The notes under the pieces: model-generated | What the model was told of the DNA's origin: nothing | Seen by the model: the letters and a program-made list of their open reading frames with translations, nothing else | Database searches by the model: none | Shown: positions 1 to 11,492 of the stretch, in pieces | How the letters are laid out: the number at the start of each line of letters is the position of its first letter | Numbering within the stretch: the first letter of the stretch is position 1 | From: an uncultured Mycoplasmatota bacterium | GTDB lineage: Bacteria > Bacillota_I > Bacilli_A > RF39 > UBA660 | Length of the DNA stretch: 64,000 nt | NCBI GenBank assembly: GCA_948434005.1 | Contig: CAOJEH010000005.1 | Span: 23,372 to 87,371 of the forward strand | Reading direction: 5' to 3' | Translations under genes and position numbers: made by a program

Positions 1-1
1 T

Positions 2-1585
2 GAATGGCCAATTGGGGCTGAATCTGAATTTACTGGAGTTATAGATTTAGTTACAATGAAGGCTTATAAATATGATGGTAAACAAGATGAAAATCCTGAA
101 GAAATTGATATACCTGCTGACTTAAAAGATATAGCAGAGGAGAAACGTGCTGAATTAATTGAAGCAGTTGCAGAATTTGATGATGAGATGATGATGATTT
201 ACCTTGATGGTGGAGAAGTTACAATCGATATGATCAAAAAAGCTATTCGTGCAGGAGTATTAAAGGCAGAGTTCTTTCCAGTTATGTGTGGAACTGCTTT
301 AGGAAATATGGGTATAAAATTACTTCTTGATGCTGTAGTTGACTATTTACCAAGCCCACTTGATATAGCATCAATTAAGGGAACTGATGCAAATGGTAAT
401 GAATGTGAAAGACATCCAAGTGATGATGAGCCATTTAGTGCTTTAGCATTCAAGGTTATGACTGATCCATTTGTTGGACGTTTAACATTCTTTAGAGTTT
501 ATTCAGGTCACTTATCTAGTGGTAGTTATGTATTAAACTCAACTAAGAGTTCAAAAGAAAGAATCGGTCGTATTTTACAAATGCATGCTAATACTCGTAA
601 GGAAATTAGTGATGTTTATACAGGAGATATTGCTGCAGCAGTAGGACTTAAGAATACTACAACAGGTGATACTCTATGTGATGAAAAGAAACCAGTTATT
701 TTGGAAAGTTTAATAGTTCCAGAACCAGTTATTCAGTTAGCTGTTGAACCTAAGTCTAAGGGTGATCAAGATAAGATGGCTCTAGCACTTCAAAAACTAG
801 CTGAAGAAGATCCAACATTTAAAGTTCATACTGATCATGAAACAGGTCAAACTGTTATTGCAGGTATGGGTGAATTACACTTAGATGTATTAGTTGATCG
901 TATGAAACGTGAATTTAATGTTGAAGCTAATGTTGGAGCACCACAAGTTGCTTATCGTGAAACAATTAAGCAAACTGGTGAGTGTGAAGGTAAATATATT
1001 AAACAATCTGGTGGTCGTGGACAATATGGTCACGTATGGGTTAAATTTGAACCAAATCCAGATAAGGGTTATGAATTTGTTGATGAAATCGTAGGAGGAG
1101 TTGTTCCTCGTGAATATATACCAGTAGTTGATAAAGGATTACAAGAGGCTTTACAAACCGGTATACTTGCAGGATATCCTATGATAGATGTTAAGGCTAC
1201 ATTATATGATGGTAGCTATCATGATGTAGATTCAAATGAAATGGCATTTAAGATTGCAGCTAGCTTATCATTAAAAGAAGCTAAGAATAAATGTAATCCT
1301 GTTCTTCTTGAACCAATAATGAAAGTTGATGTTACTACTCCAGAAGATTACTTTGGTAATGTTATGGGTGACTTAACTGCTCGTCGTGGTAAACCACTTG
1401 GTCAAGAATCTCAAGGAAATGCAGTTAAATTAAGTGCTATGGTTCCGCTTTCAGAAATGTTTGGATATGCTACTAACCTTCGTTCTAATACACAAGGTAG
1501 AGCAACATTCGTAATGTTTTTTGATCATTATGAAGAAGTCCCTAAAAATATTGCTGAAGAAATTATCAAAAAGAGTGGAAATTAA
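2..1585 (+). CDS. fusA: Translation elongation factor G, 5'-truncated by the window edge
   Basis: The frame is open from base 2 ([24 protein letters not shown]...), so the ATG at 56 is internal. EF-G C-terminal domains are recognisable ([42 protein letters not shown]). tuf follows, as in str operons. Confidence 0.95.
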   Translation, partial: EWPIGAESEFTGVIDLVTMKAYKYDGKQDENPEEIDIPADLKDIAEEKRAELIEAVAEFDDEMMMIYLDGGEVTIDMIKKAIRAGVLKAEFFPVMCGTALGNMGIKLLLDAVVDYLPSPLDIASIKGTDANGNECERHPSDDEPFSALAFKVMTDPFVGRLTFFRVYSGHLSSGSYVLNSTKSSKERIGRILQMHANTRKEISDVYTGDIAAAVGLKNTTTGDTLCDEKKPVILESLIVPEPVIQLAVEPKSKGDQDKMALALQKLAEEDPTFKVHTDHETGQTVIAGMGELHLDVLVDRMKREFNVEANVGAPQVAYRETIKQTGECEGKYIKQSGGRGQYGHVWVKFEPNPDKGYEFVDEIVGGVVPREYIPVVDKGLQEALQTGILAGYPMIDVKATLYDGSYHDVDSNEMAFKIAASLSLKEAKNKCNPVLLEPIMKVDVTTPEDYFGNVMGDLTARRGKPLGQESQGNAVKLSAMVPLSEMFGYATNLRSNTQGRATFVMFFDHYEEVPKNIAEEIIKKSGN

Positions 1586-1667
1586 TAAAAAAGTATCAAA
1601 ATAGTTGAAAATTATTCAATTATTAGATAAAATATATTTTGTAATAAATAAAGGAGGAAAAAAGTTT

Positions 1668-2852
1668 ATGGCAAAAGAAAAGTTTGATCGTTCAAAACCA
1701 CATGTTAACATTGGTACAATTGGACACGTAGATCATGGTAAAACTACTACTACTGCTGCTATCACTAAAGTTTTAGCAGGTAAAAATGGTAACAAAGAAG
1801 TAGAATTTGAAAATATTGATAAGGCACCAGAAGAAAGAGAACGTGGTATTACTATTAATACTGCTCACGTTGAATATAGTACTGATGCTAGACATTATGC
1901 ACACGTAGATTGTCCTGGACATGCTGATTATGTTAAGAACATGATTACAGGTGCAGCTCAAATGGATGGAGCAATCCTAGTTATTGCTTCTACAGATGGA
2001 CCTATGGCACAAACTCGTGAACATATCTTACTTGCTCGTCAAGTTGGAGTACCTAAAATGGTTGTATTCATGAATAAGTGTGATATGGTTGATGATCCAG
2101 AACTACTTGATTTAGTAGAAATGGAAATTCGTGATTTATTAAACGAATATGGATTCGAAGGAGACGATACTCCAGTTATCCGTGGTTCTGCTCTTAAAGC
2201 TCTTGAAGGTGACGCTGAATATGTTGCTAAGATTGAAGAGTTAATGAAAGCAGTTGATGAATGGATTCCAACTCCTGATAGAGATACTGACAAACCATTC
2301 TTAATGAGTATTGAAGATGTATTTACTATCACAGGTCGTGGAACTGTTTGTACTGGTCGTGTTGAACGTGGTAGATTAAATCTTAATGATGAAGTTGAAA
2401 TCGTTGGTATTAAAGAAACTCAAAAGACTGTTGTTACAGGAATTGAAATGTTTAGAAAACAATTAGATTTCGCTGAAGCTGGAGATAATGCTGGTGTATT
2501 ATTACGTGGTATTTCTCGTGAAGATGTTGAACGTGGTCAAGTTATTGCTAAACCAGGAAGTGTTACACCTCATCATAAATTTAAAGGTGCAGTTTATGTA
2601 CTAAGTAAAGAAGAGGGTGGACGTCATACACCATTCTTCAACAACTATCGTCCTCAATTCTATTTTAGAACTACAGACGTAACTGGTGTTATTACATTAC
2701 CAGCAGGTGTTGAAATGGTTATGCCAGGAGACAATGTTGATATGGAAGTTGAATTAATCCATTCAATAGCTCTTGAACAAGGTACTAAGTTCTCTATCCG
2801 TGAAGGTGGACGTACTGTAGGTGCTGGAACAGTTTCTGAAATTGTTGAATAA
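1668..2852 (+). CDS. tuf: Translation elongation factor Tu
   Basis: [27 protein letters not shown] starts at ATG 1668, just downstream of AAAGGAGG. GTPase motifs [13 protein letters not shown] and NKCD are present. The ORF-track start at 1605 is an in-frame upstream extension. Confidence 0.97.
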   Translation: MAKEKFDRSKPHVNIGTIGHVDHGKTTTTAAITKVLAGKNGNKEVEFENIDKAPEERERGITINTAHVEYSTDARHYAHVDCPGHADYVKNMITGAAQMDGAILVIASTDGPMAQTREHILLARQVGVPKMVVFMNKCDMVDDPELLDLVEMEIRDLLNEYGFEGDDTPVIRGSALKALEGDAEYVAKIEELMKAVDEWIPTPDRDTDKPFLMSIEDVFTITGRGTVCTGRVERGRLNLNDEVEIVGIKETQKTVVTGIEMFRKQLDFAEAGDNAGVLLRGISREDVERGQVIAKPGSVTPHHKFKGAVYVLSKEEGGRHTPFFNNYRPQFYFRTTDVTGVITLPAGVEMVMPGDNVDMEVELIHSIALEQGTKFSIREGGRTVGAGTVSEIVE

Positions 2853-2864
2853 TAACTAAAAAAG

Positions 2865-2887
2865 AACCGAAGCAATTCGGTTTTTTT
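2865..2887. terminator. Bidirectional rho-independent terminator between tuf and the convergent FemAB-like gene
   Basis: The stem aaccgaa / ttcggtt (loop gcaa) is flanked by an A-run upstream and a T-run downstream, so it can terminate both convergent transcripts. Confidence 0.75.
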
Positions 2888-2906
2888 CGTGCATAAAAAA
2901 AGAGAT

Positions 2907-4145
2907 TTACTTCTCTTTTGTAAAGTTTTTATATATTCCATATTTAAAATTATTAAGAACTATATCATATTCTCCAATATATTCAGTAATAACTGAATTG
3001 AAACTTCCTTTAATCTCGTTTAGACCAGCAAATTTGCTTTTCTTATCAAAATCACCCGTTACAGCATTTAAATTAATATATTTAAGTTTTTCGTTATTAT
3101 AATCATTAATCATACGCCATTTTAATAAATAATTCGCATTTAAATTTTTAAATTCTTTATTAGAACCTTCAATTATTAAGTATGCAGCATTATCATAAAT
3201 AATACATAATCCTCCTGCAACAACAAGACCATTAGGATGTTCTTTAAGCATATTTGTAGCAAATATTAAATTGCTTTTATATATACCTAGTAATTTATCT
3301 GAAATAACCTTTTTATTAAAAATATCTCTTCTATCACCATTTTGTTGTGCTAGATTTTGAAATTCATCAGATAGCTTTTCATTCTTAGCAAGTTCGTCTT
3401 CATATTTCTTTTTACTATTTAAAACAAAGTTTTCTGTATTTAGTTTTGCATAAAATATATCAGCTTTATCTCCAAATTGTTCACAAAATCCTTTATAAAA
3501 TTTAATAGGATAGCCATTAGATTTTACAAAATTAAATAATTCTGTTAGGTTTTTATTTTTGTCTCTATAAATTTCTACACCACATTTTACAGCTTTGTTA
3601 ATCTTATTTCTAGCTCTTTTATCAAAATTTTGATATATATCTCTAATATTTTTTTCTAGTATAGTTAAAGCTTCCCATCTAGGTTTTTCTGTTTCAAAAT
3701 ATAAGTTTTCTCCTTTATGATTAAAACCACTATTTTTAAGATTTTCCATTATGATACTAGCTTCATTATTTATATTTATAATATTACCTTTACTATCTCT
3801 TATAGATAGTGGTATAGCAGGATCTATTCTAAGTGTTACAATTCCTTCTTTGCCTAAATCTTTTTTTAATGTATCAACTAATTCATCAACTTTATCAGAA
3901 TCAGTAAAATCAAATAATAATCCACGAGGAGCATATGCAAGTTTAGTTTTCATAACAGCTTCTTGAATTAATAATAGAGATGCTCCTATAAGGTTACCCT
4001 CATCATTTTCTATTCCTATATATCTAACTTCATAATTAAATTTGTTCATAATATTTCCATATTTAGAAGTTTGATAATAGTTTCTATATTTATGCTTTTT
4101 AGCAAAGTTATCAAATTGATCTGAATCTATTGTAACAATTTTCAT
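2907..4145 (-). CDS. FemAB-family peptidoglycan interpeptide-bridge aminoacyltransferase
   Basis: 412 aa. The N-terminal pattern (QTSKYGNIM..., LAYAPRGLLFDF) and a central coiled-coil insertion (KKKYEDELAKNEKLSDEFQNLAQ) are typical of FemA/FemB/FemX proteins. Confidence 0.75.
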   Translation of the reverse strand: MKIVTIDSDQFDNFAKKHKYRNYYQTSKYGNIMNKFNYEVRYIGIENDEGNLIGASLLLIQEAVMKTKLAYAPRGLLFDFTDSDKVDELVDTLKKDLGKEGIVTLRIDPAIPLSIRDSKGNIININNEASIIMENLKNSGFNHKGENLYFETEKPRWEALTILEKNIRDIYQNFDKRARNKINKAVKCGVEIYRDKNKNLTELFNFVKSNGYPIKFYKGFCEQFGDKADIFYAKLNTENFVLNSKKKYEDELAKNEKLSDEFQNLAQQNGDRRDIFNKKVISDKLLGIYKSNLIFATNMLKEHPNGLVVAGGLCIIYDNAAYLIIEGSNKEFKNLNANYLLKWRMINDYNNEKLKYINLNAVTGDFDKKSKFAGLNEIKGSFNSVITEYIGEYDIVLNNFKYGIYKNFTKEK

Positions 4146-4255
4146 TATGAAGCCTCCTTTACAACTACCTTAATTATAGCATACCTAATATATTGTTTCA
4201 ATAAATATTAATGCTAAAACCTGATATTTATAGTATAATTATAGTAGGTGATTTT

Positions 4256-5608
4256 ATGTTTGAAAATAAAAAGATTTTAATACTTGGTATGGCTAGAAGT
4301 GGTTATGAAGCTGCTAAAATTTTGATTAAGAAAAATAATAGAGTAGTTCTTAATGATAGTAAAAGTGAAGATAGTCAAAATGAAGAACAAGTTAGTGAAC
4401 TAAAAAAACTAGGAGTTGAATTAGTATTTGGTTCTCATCCAGATGAATTACTAGATAAAAGTTTTAGTTATTTAATAAAGAATCCTGGAGTACCAATAGA
4501 TCATAAATATGTTCTTAAAGCTAAAGAGTTAGGAATTGAAGTTATTAATGAGGTAGAGCTAGCATATAGGATGTTACCAAATGATATTACTTTAATAGGT
4601 ATTACAGGTACAAATGGAAAAACTACTACAACTACATTAACTTATGAAGTTTTAAAAGAAGCATATAAAGATAGAGTTCATTTAGCAGGTAATATAGGGT
4701 ATCCTTTATGTAGTTTTTTAGATAAATTAAAAAAAGATGACATTATTGTTATGGAAGTATCATGTCAACAAGGAGAAAATATAAAAGAATTTAGACCGCA
4801 TATTGGTTTGTTTACAAATATTAGTGAAGCGCATATAGATTTTATGAAGACATTTGATCATTATAAAGAGGTAAAGTCTAGAATGTTTTATAATCAGGAT
4901 TCTAATGATATATCTATAATTAATATGGAAAATGATGAAGTTATGAATGAGTTAAAGAATGTTAAATCTCAAGTGAAATATTTTTCCAGTAAAAATGAAA
5001 TAAATGGTTGTTATATAAAAAATGGTTTTATATATTATTATGATGAGCAAGTTATGGAAATTTCTAATATAAAAATACCTGGTATTCATAATTTAGAAAA
5101 CTGTTTAGGGGCTATTATGATTGCTAAAGAGCTTGATGTAGATAATAAAGTAATAGATAAAGTATTAAGTAATTTTAGGGGAGTAGAACATAGATTGGAA
5201 TATGTTGATACTATAGATGATGTCAGGTATTATAATGATACAGAGGCTACAAATATTAAGTGTACTCAAATAGCACTAGCTTCTTTTGTAGAACCAACTA
5301 CTATAATATTAGGAGGTTTAGAAAGAGGACAAAATTTTGATGATTTAGCGCCTTATATGAAAAATGTATCTAATATTATAGGTATAGGTGAATGTAGAAA
5401 TAGAGTTAAAGAATTTGGAGATAATTTAAATATACCAACTTATATATTTGAAAAATTATCAGATGGTTTTAAAAAATGTGTTGAAGTAACAGAAAAAGGT
5501 GGTATAGTATTATTAAGCCCTGCTTCAGCATCATGGGATCAATATAAGGAATGTGAAATAAGAGGGGCAGAATTTAAAAGGTATGTTAATGATATAAAGG
5601 AGAATTAA
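4256..5608 (+). CDS. murD: UDP-N-acetylmuramoyl-L-alanine--D-glutamate ligase
   Basis: The likely start is ATG 4256 (MFENKKILILGMARSGYEAAK) after TAGGTGA. It has a Rossmann-like N-terminus and the Mur ligase P-loop GITGTNGKTTTT. The ORF-track start at 4211 lacks an RBS. Confidence 0.88.
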   Translation: MFENKKILILGMARSGYEAAKILIKKNNRVVLNDSKSEDSQNEEQVSELKKLGVELVFGSHPDELLDKSFSYLIKNPGVPIDHKYVLKAKELGIEVINEVELAYRMLPNDITLIGITGTNGKTTTTTLTYEVLKEAYKDRVHLAGNIGYPLCSFLDKLKKDDIIVMEVSCQQGENIKEFRPHIGLFTNISEAHIDFMKTFDHYKEVKSRMFYNQDSNDISIINMENDEVMNELKNVKSQVKYFSSKNEINGCYIKNGFIYYYDEQVMEISNIKIPGIHNLENCLGAIMIAKELDVDNKVIDKVLSNFRGVEHRLEYVDTIDDVRYYNDTEATNIKCTQIALASFVEPTTIILGGLERGQNFDDLAPYMKNVSNIIGIGECRNRVKEFGDNLNIPTYIFEKLSDGFKKCVEVTEKGGIVLLSPASASWDQYKECEIRGAEFKRYVNDIKEN

Positions 5609-5612
5609 AAGT

Positions 5613-6053
5613 ATGGTTAATAAAACTGATGTACAGGATACATTATTATTAATTGTCAAAGAATCAGATGGAGTTGTAGCAGAATATCAAAGACAATTAT
5701 ATGAGGCTTCCTTGCTTGGAATTGAACGTGTGATATATTGTCTTGTCTGTGATTCGGAAGATAATAAAAGATTAGATCATATTATGGATAAATTAGAAAT
5801 GACATGTGATATATTAAAAATGCATTCATTAGATAAAGTTTTCTATGTATGGGACTCTTTTCTAAGTGATAGTAAAGTTATGCGAACAAATGCTGAGGGA
5901 TTTCTTATATCAAGTATTTCATCTAATGTTTATTTTAATAGTTATAAAGAAGAGAAAAAAGATCTATTACACAATAGAGAAAGAGTAGGTAAAGTTATTG
6001 TTAAAGGTATAGCTCAAAAATATAAATCTATAAAAGTAAGTAGTATAAATTAA
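5613..6053 (+). CDS. Hypothetical protein, translationally close-coupled to murD
   Basis: 146-aa ORF starting 4 nt after the murD stop, with AAGGAGA upstream. I recognise no motif. Confidence 0.5.
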   Translation: MVNKTDVQDTLLLIVKESDGVVAEYQRQLYEASLLGIERVIYCLVCDSEDNKRLDHIMDKLEMTCDILKMHSLDKVFYVWDSFLSDSKVMRTNAEGFLISSISSNVYFNSYKEEKKDLLHNRERVGKVIVKGIAQKYKSIKVSSIN

Positions 6054-6088
6054 TAAGAAAATATTTTGTAAATGAAAGGATTGATATT

Positions 6089-7333
6089 ATGAAAATTAAA
6101 AATGTTATTGGACGTGAAATATTGGATTCAAGGGGTAATCCTACAGTTGAGGTTGATGTTATATTAGAAAATGGTATAGTAGGACGTGCTGCAGTACCTA
6201 GTGGAGCATCAACTGGTGAAAGAGAAGCCTTGGAGATGCGTGATGGAGGTTCTAGATATAACGGAAAAGGTGTTTTAAATGCAGTTAACAATGTTAACAC
6301 AGTTTTGCGTGATGCAATTATAGGAATGGATGCAGCTGATCAAAAAACATTAGATTATAAAATGATAGAATTAGATGGAACAGATACTAAATCTAATTTA
6401 GGTGCTAATGCAATACTTGGTGTTTCTATGGCTGCAATGAGAGCAAGTGCTCTTAATCGTTCTATGCCATTATATAAATATATTAATGAGGAGTTTGGAA
6501 ATAGTAAGATGTCTCTCCCATATCCAATGATGAATATTCTTAATGGTGGTGCTCATGCAGATAATAAAGTTGATTTTCAAGAATTTATGATTATTCCACA
6601 AAAGGATACAATTAAAGAAAGAGTTCGTGTTGGAGCAGAAGTATTCCATAGTTTAAAAAAAGTACTTAATGAAAAGGGTTATTCAACAGGAGTTGGTGAT
6701 GAAGGTGGATTTGCGCCAGATCTTCAAAGTAATGAAGAAGGATTTGAACTTATAACGGAAGCAGTTAAAAGAGCTGGATATACACCTGGTGAAGATGTTT
6801 GTTATGCTATTGATGTTGCTGCATCAGAGTTTTATGATAATGAGTTAGGCAAATATAAATTTCGTTGGTCTACAGGAGAAGAGTTAACAACAGATCAACT
6901 TATTGCATTTTATGAAGATTTGGTTTCTAAATATCCAATTATATCTATTGAAGATCCTGTAGATGAAAATGATTGGGAAGGATTTAGTAAGGTTACAAAG
7001 TTACTTGGAGAAAAAATCCAAATAGTTGGTGATGATTTATTTGTTACTAATAAAAAGTGTTTACAAATGGGAATAGATAATAATGCAGGTAATGCTATTT
7101 TATTAAAAGTAAATCAAATAGGTACTATTACAGAAACATTAGAAGCAATTGAACTTGCTAGAAGTAATGGTTATAAAACAATAATATCACATAGAAGTGG
7201 TGAAACTGAGGATACAACAATTGCTGATTTAGCAGTAGGACTTGATTTAGGTCAAATTAAAACAGGTTCAATGTCTAGATCTGATAGAGTTTGTAAATAT
7301 AATCAATTAATAAGAATTGAAGAGGAATTATAG
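6089..7333 (+). CDS. eno: Enolase (phosphopyruvate hydratase)
   Basis: [35 protein letters not shown] and [17 protein letters not shown] are canonical enolase signatures. Confidence 0.96.
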   Translation: MKIKNVIGREILDSRGNPTVEVDVILENGIVGRAAVPSGASTGEREALEMRDGGSRYNGKGVLNAVNNVNTVLRDAIIGMDAADQKTLDYKMIELDGTDTKSNLGANAILGVSMAAMRASALNRSMPLYKYINEEFGNSKMSLPYPMMNILNGGAHADNKVDFQEFMIIPQKDTIKERVRVGAEVFHSLKKVLNEKGYSTGVGDEGGFAPDLQSNEEGFELITEAVKRAGYTPGEDVCYAIDVAASEFYDNELGKYKFRWSTGEELTTDQLIAFYEDLVSKYPIISIEDPVDENDWEGFSKVTKLLGEKIQIVGDDLFVTNKKCLQMGIDNNAGNAILLKVNQIGTITETLEAIELARSNGYKTIISHRSGETEDTTIADLAVGLDLGQIKTGSMSRSDRVCKYNQLIRIEEEL

Positions 7334-7399
7334 AAATAATATTTGCTTTTTTAGACATATAATGCTATAATATGAGAAATTATTTTGGGGGAATATAAT

Positions 7400-8167
7400 A
7401 TGTCTAATAAAAATAAAAATCTTGAACCAAAAGAAGTTAGATTGGTTGAGAATAAAATAATTATTCCAAATATTTATAGTCTAAAGAGATTGGGTGCTGG
7501 GCATGATGGTATAGTTTTTAGGTATGGTGATTTAGCATTAAAGTTACTTAAGTATGATATTAATAAAAGAAAAGAAAAAGACTTAATGACCTTTTCAAAA
7601 GTTAATTATTTTCTTGAAACCCTTGATTTGAAAAGAGTTGTAGCACCTATTGATATATTACTAGATACAGATGGTATTTTTGCAGGTTATGTTATGGAAT
7701 GTATTGAAGATGTAACTAAGGATCATAAAGATCCTTCATATAAACCACCTGGTGAATTTAGTTGTCTTGATTTAGCTTATGCTATTGCAGAGTTAGAAGA
7801 AGATTTCTCTAATTTAACTGAAGCAAGAGTTCGTGCTGAGGATATTAATAGAGGTAGTTATATCATATCAACTGATTTTTTACATGTTTGTGATATGGAT
7901 AAGTTTCATAGGCTTTCTTCTACTAGTAAAGGTACAGCAGATTTAAATTTACGTACACTAAACTTTGCGATTGCTAAATTTTTATATTTTTTGATGGTAA
8001 AGACCGAGTTTTATCGTAAAGAGCATAATAAAACACTAAATAATTGGGTGAAAAAGTCTTCAAATTCGAGAACATTCTTAAAAGAACTTAGTGTAGAAAT
8101 AGGCTCTAGTTCTTCTACACAGATTGCCGAATATGTTGACTATAAAGTAAAAAAACTTACTCGTTAG
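7400..8167 (+). CDS. Protein-kinase-fold (kinase-like) hypothetical protein
   Basis: It has a glycine-rich loop LGAGHDGIVF followed by LALKLLK (VAIK-like lysine), and a later CDMDKF (DFG-like) motif. ATG 7400 follows GGGGGA; the TTG at 7385 is unlikely to be the start. Confidence 0.45.
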   Translation: MSNKNKNLEPKEVRLVENKIIIPNIYSLKRLGAGHDGIVFRYGDLALKLLKYDINKRKEKDLMTFSKVNYFLETLDLKRVVAPIDILLDTDGIFAGYVMECIEDVTKDHKDPSYKPPGEFSCLDLAYAIAELEEDFSNLTEARVRAEDINRGSYIISTDFLHVCDMDKFHRLSSTSKGTADLNLRTLNFAIAKFLYFLMVKTEFYRKEHNKTLNNWVKKSSNSRTFLKELSVEIGSSSSTQIAEYVDYKVKKLTR

Positions 8168-8224
8168 TTGCAATAAAAGATTAATTATGTTAAACTATTA
8201 CTAGTATTTTATGGGAGGTGCACT

Positions 8225-8443
8225 ATGGAAGTTGCATTACTTGTTATATCAATTTTATTAATAATTATAGTATTATTGCAAAGCGGAAAAGCGGAAGGCG
8301 CTGCACAAATTATAAGCGGTGGTAGTTCTGAACTTTTCAGTAATAGAAAAGAAAGAGGATCTGAATTAGTAATTAGTAGAGTTACAATGTTACTTGGATT
8401 ATCATTTTTCTTTATTTCGTTAATCGCAACATTTATTAATTAA
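8225..8443 (+). CDS. secG: Preprotein translocase subunit SecG
   Basis: 72 aa with two TM segments and the typical LLQSGKAEG...GGSSELFSNRKERG linker. It sits in the conserved position upstream of rnr-smpB. Confidence 0.85.
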   Translation: MEVALLVISILLIIIVLLQSGKAEGAAQIISGGSSELFSNRKERGSELVISRVTMLLGLSFFFISLIATFIN

Positions 8444-8507
8444 AAGGCTATTAATTTAGTCTTTTTTATTTTATAATATATATAGAAGAATATATGAAGG
8501 TGATAAT

Positions 8508-10610
8508 ATGAAAGATGAAATAATAAGAGTTTTAAAAAATAAAGATGGCGCCTTATCAATTTATGATATAAAAGATGAATTAGAATTAGAAGAAGTTAAT
8601 GAGTTAGAAGAATTAAGTAAAGCACTTAGAGAACTAGAAGAAGATTTTACAATATATCATTCTAATAAAGATAAATATATGCTTTTAGAAAATAGTCATT
8701 TACGAAAAGGAATATTACGCGCTAATAAAAAAGGTTTCGGCTTTGTACAAATTGATGATATGCAAGAAGATGTTTATGTTAGTTCTGATAATATGAATGG
8801 TGCTTTTAATGATGATATAGTTTTAGTAGAAGTAACTACAAAAATGAATATAGCAAAACCTGAAGGTAGAATTTTAAAAATTATAAAAAGAGAAACAAAT
8901 AGATATGTTGGAGAAATTAATTTTATAAAAGATAAAGGTACTGTAGTTTTAGATGATAAAAAAATTAATATAGAAATAGAAGTAAAAAAAGAAGACTCAA
9001 TGAATGCTGTAGATGGTCATAAGGTTATAGTTGAATTAGGTAGAAAAATTAATGCACATAAATATTACGGAAAAGTTATAGAAATTATTGGTCATAAGAA
9101 TGATCCGGGTGTTGATATTTTATCTATTGTTCGTAAATATAATATAAATACAGAGTTTCCAGATGATGTATGTGAAGAAGTTAAAGATATGCCTATGGAA
9201 GTAACTGAAGAGGAATGTAAGGATAGAAGAGATTTAAGAGATAAAGTAATTTTCACTATAGATGGTGATGATACAAAAGATATAGATGATGCTATATCAA
9301 TAAAAAAACTTGCTAATGGTCATTATGAGTTAGGTGTTCATATTGCAGATGTTTCATATTATGTAAAAGAAGGTAGCCCTCTTGATAAAGAAGCTATGGA
9401 AAGAGGAACTAGTGTATATTTAGTTGATAGAGTTATTCCTATGTTACCACATGAATTATCTAATGGTATATGTTCACTAAATCCTAATGTAGATAGATTA
9501 GCTATATCTTGTGTAATGGAATTTGACAGTAATGGTAAGCAAATAGATTATGAAATATTTCAAAGTGTAATTAAATCTAGAATTCAAATGACTTATAAAA
9601 AAGTAAATAGTATTTTAGAAAATAATGAAGTGCCTGAGGGATATGAACCATATGCCAATGATTTAAAACTAATGCAAGAACTTGCAAGTATTTTACGAAA
9701 AGCTAAAGAAGCACGTGGCTATATAGACTTTGAAGTAGATGAAGCTAAAATATTAGTAGATGAAAATTGTGTTCCAACCGAAATTATTAAAAGAGATAGA
9801 GGAACAGGAGAAATGCTTATAGAAGACTTTATGATTGCAGCTAATGAATGTGTAGCAACTCATATTTATTTTATGAATCTACCATTTATTTATCGTATTC
9901 ATGAAGTCCCAAAAGAAGAAAAGATTAGAAGTTATCTATCCTTTATTGCGACTCTTGGATATCAAGTACCTGGATATATTAAGGATACTAGACCTAAGAC
10001 TATTCAGAAATTAATTAAATTCTTAGAAGATAAAAAAGAGTTTAAAATATTATCAAGCTTATTACTTAGGAGTATGCAAAAGGCTGTATATAAACCTGAA
10101 AATTTAGGACACTATGGTCTTGCAAGTAAATGTTATACACATTTTACATCACCTATTAGGAGATATCCTGATACAACAGTACATAGATTACTTAGAACAT
10201 ACTTATTTAATAAGAAGTTAGATACAAAAACAATGAGATATTGGGAAGAAAAATTAGTTTTCGTTGCAGAACATTCATCAGAACAAGAGAGAGCTTCAGT
10301 TGATTGTGAAAGAGAAGTTGAAGATATGAAGATGGCTGAATATATGGAAAAACATATTGGTGAAGAATTTGAAGGAATGATTTCTACAGTAACAAGTTTT
10401 GGTATGTTTGTTGAATTAGATAACTTGGTAGAAGGATTGGTACCAATAAAAGAGATGAATGACTTTTTCCATTATGATGAAGAGAGAATGACTTTAACTG
10501 GAGAAAGAAGTCATATAAAATATACTATTGGAGAAAGAATAGTAGTAAAAGTTGTTAGAGCAATTAAAGAAGAAAAAATTATAGATTTTGAAATAGTAAG
10601 AAAACTATAG
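8508..10610 (+). CDS. rnr: Ribonuclease R
   Basis: 700 aa with N-terminal cold-shock-like domains, an RNB catalytic core (TIDGDDTKDIDDAIS, HYGLAS..YTHFTSPIRRYPD) and a C-terminal S1 domain (EFEGMISTVTSFGMFVEL). Confidence 0.93.
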   Translation: MKDEIIRVLKNKDGALSIYDIKDELELEEVNELEELSKALRELEEDFTIYHSNKDKYMLLENSHLRKGILRANKKGFGFVQIDDMQEDVYVSSDNMNGAFNDDIVLVEVTTKMNIAKPEGRILKIIKRETNRYVGEINFIKDKGTVVLDDKKINIEIEVKKEDSMNAVDGHKVIVELGRKINAHKYYGKVIEIIGHKNDPGVDILSIVRKYNINTEFPDDVCEEVKDMPMEVTEEECKDRRDLRDKVIFTIDGDDTKDIDDAISIKKLANGHYELGVHIADVSYYVKEGSPLDKEAMERGTSVYLVDRVIPMLPHELSNGICSLNPNVDRLAISCVMEFDSNGKQIDYEIFQSVIKSRIQMTYKKVNSILENNEVPEGYEPYANDLKLMQELASILRKAKEARGYIDFEVDEAKILVDENCVPTEIIKRDRGTGEMLIEDFMIAANECVATHIYFMNLPFIYRIHEVPKEEKIRSYLSFIATLGYQVPGYIKDTRPKTIQKLIKFLEDKKEFKILSSLLLRSMQKAVYKPENLGHYGLASKCYTHFTSPIRRYPDTTVHRLLRTYLFNKKLDTKTMRYWEEKLVFVAEHSSEQERASVDCEREVEDMKMAEYMEKHIGEEFEGMISTVTSFGMFVELDNLVEGLVPIKEMNDFFHYDEERMTLTGERSHIKYTIGERIVVKVVRAIKEEKIIDFEIVRKL

Positions 10611-10632
10611 GAAGTATTTAGGAGGTTTTATA

Positions 10633-11478
10633 ATGACTAGTAAAGAAATATATGATAGAATATATTCTTGTGAAAGCCAAGATGATGTAGAAGCTTTAGT
10701 AAATGAACGTATAGAAGAATTAGAAAAAAATAGCAATGAAGAAACTATGGGACAAGGTTATACTGATATTTATAGAAATTTTATATCAAGTAAAGTTCAT
10801 TATAAACCTGCTGCTAAGATTGGTGATGGGGATTGTCCTGATCTTTTATATGACGATGTTTCTGATTATGTTAGTTTAATAAATGATATTAGAAAAAGTA
10901 AATCTTATAATTTAACATCATTATTTACTTCAATGCTTTTTAGTATAGATAGTAGTCTTCCATCAAATAGAGATGAGAGAGATAGGTTATTTGTATATAT
11001 GTCTAATGCTAGTAGAAGTAGTATGTCTATTAAAGAAATTAAAAAAGAAGAATGTGCAATGTGTAGTGAAAAAGCTGGACTAGCTCATAATATGTTTAAA
11101 TTTTTAGGATATGACTCTGAACTTATTTGTGGTCAAAGAAATGGAATAAATCATGCATATAATTTAGTTTTTCCTAATGGATATGATAATGGCCCTGTAG
11201 TTTTATATGATCCATCTCATCATATTGATTATGTTAATGATATGGGACGTAAAGTTTCATTTGGTTATTTTATTGAATTGGATGAATCACAACATAATTT
11301 AATGTTAGTAGGAAATATGGTAGATTTAAGTACAGATAAATCAGTTTCTAGATTAGAACGCTTTTATGATATGAGTAATAGGTGTCAAGATTATAAAGCT
11401 AGAATAGATAATGTTGAATATGGAATAGGACTAAGAATTAAGAATAATACTGATTTAAATAGTAAAACTGTTGTGTAG
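10633..11478 (+). CDS. Transglutaminase-like cysteine-peptidase-fold protein (putative)
   Basis: The spacing of AMCSEKAGLAHNMFKFLGYDSELICGQ...NHAYNLVF...VLYDPS matches the Cys/His/Asp core of transglutaminase-like domains. It is inserted between rnr and smpB. Confidence 0.45.
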   Translation: MTSKEIYDRIYSCESQDDVEALVNERIEELEKNSNEETMGQGYTDIYRNFISSKVHYKPAAKIGDGDCPDLLYDDVSDYVSLINDIRKSKSYNLTSLFTSMLFSIDSSLPSNRDERDRLFVYMSNASRSSMSIKEIKKEECAMCSEKAGLAHNMFKFLGYDSELICGQRNGINHAYNLVFPNGYDNGPVVLYDPSHHIDYVNDMGRKVSFGYFIELDESQHNLMLVGNMVDLSTDKSVSRLERFYDMSNRCQDYKARIDNVEYGIGLRIKNNTDLNSKTVV

Positions 11479-11492
11479 ATGGATGTGATAAA

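Noticed and set aside
1605-1667. Several genes have long N-terminal extensions in the ORF track: tuf 1605, murD 4211, 13536, 21562, 26324, 27203, 32825, 34287, 35163, 38331, 39479, 47995, 49954, 51796, 55289, 55497 and 57019.
   Set aside because: In each case a downstream ATG (or a TTG for 47956) has a well-spaced Shine-Dalgarno sequence, and the product then begins at the conserved N-terminus. The upstream extensions overlap the preceding gene or lack an RBS.
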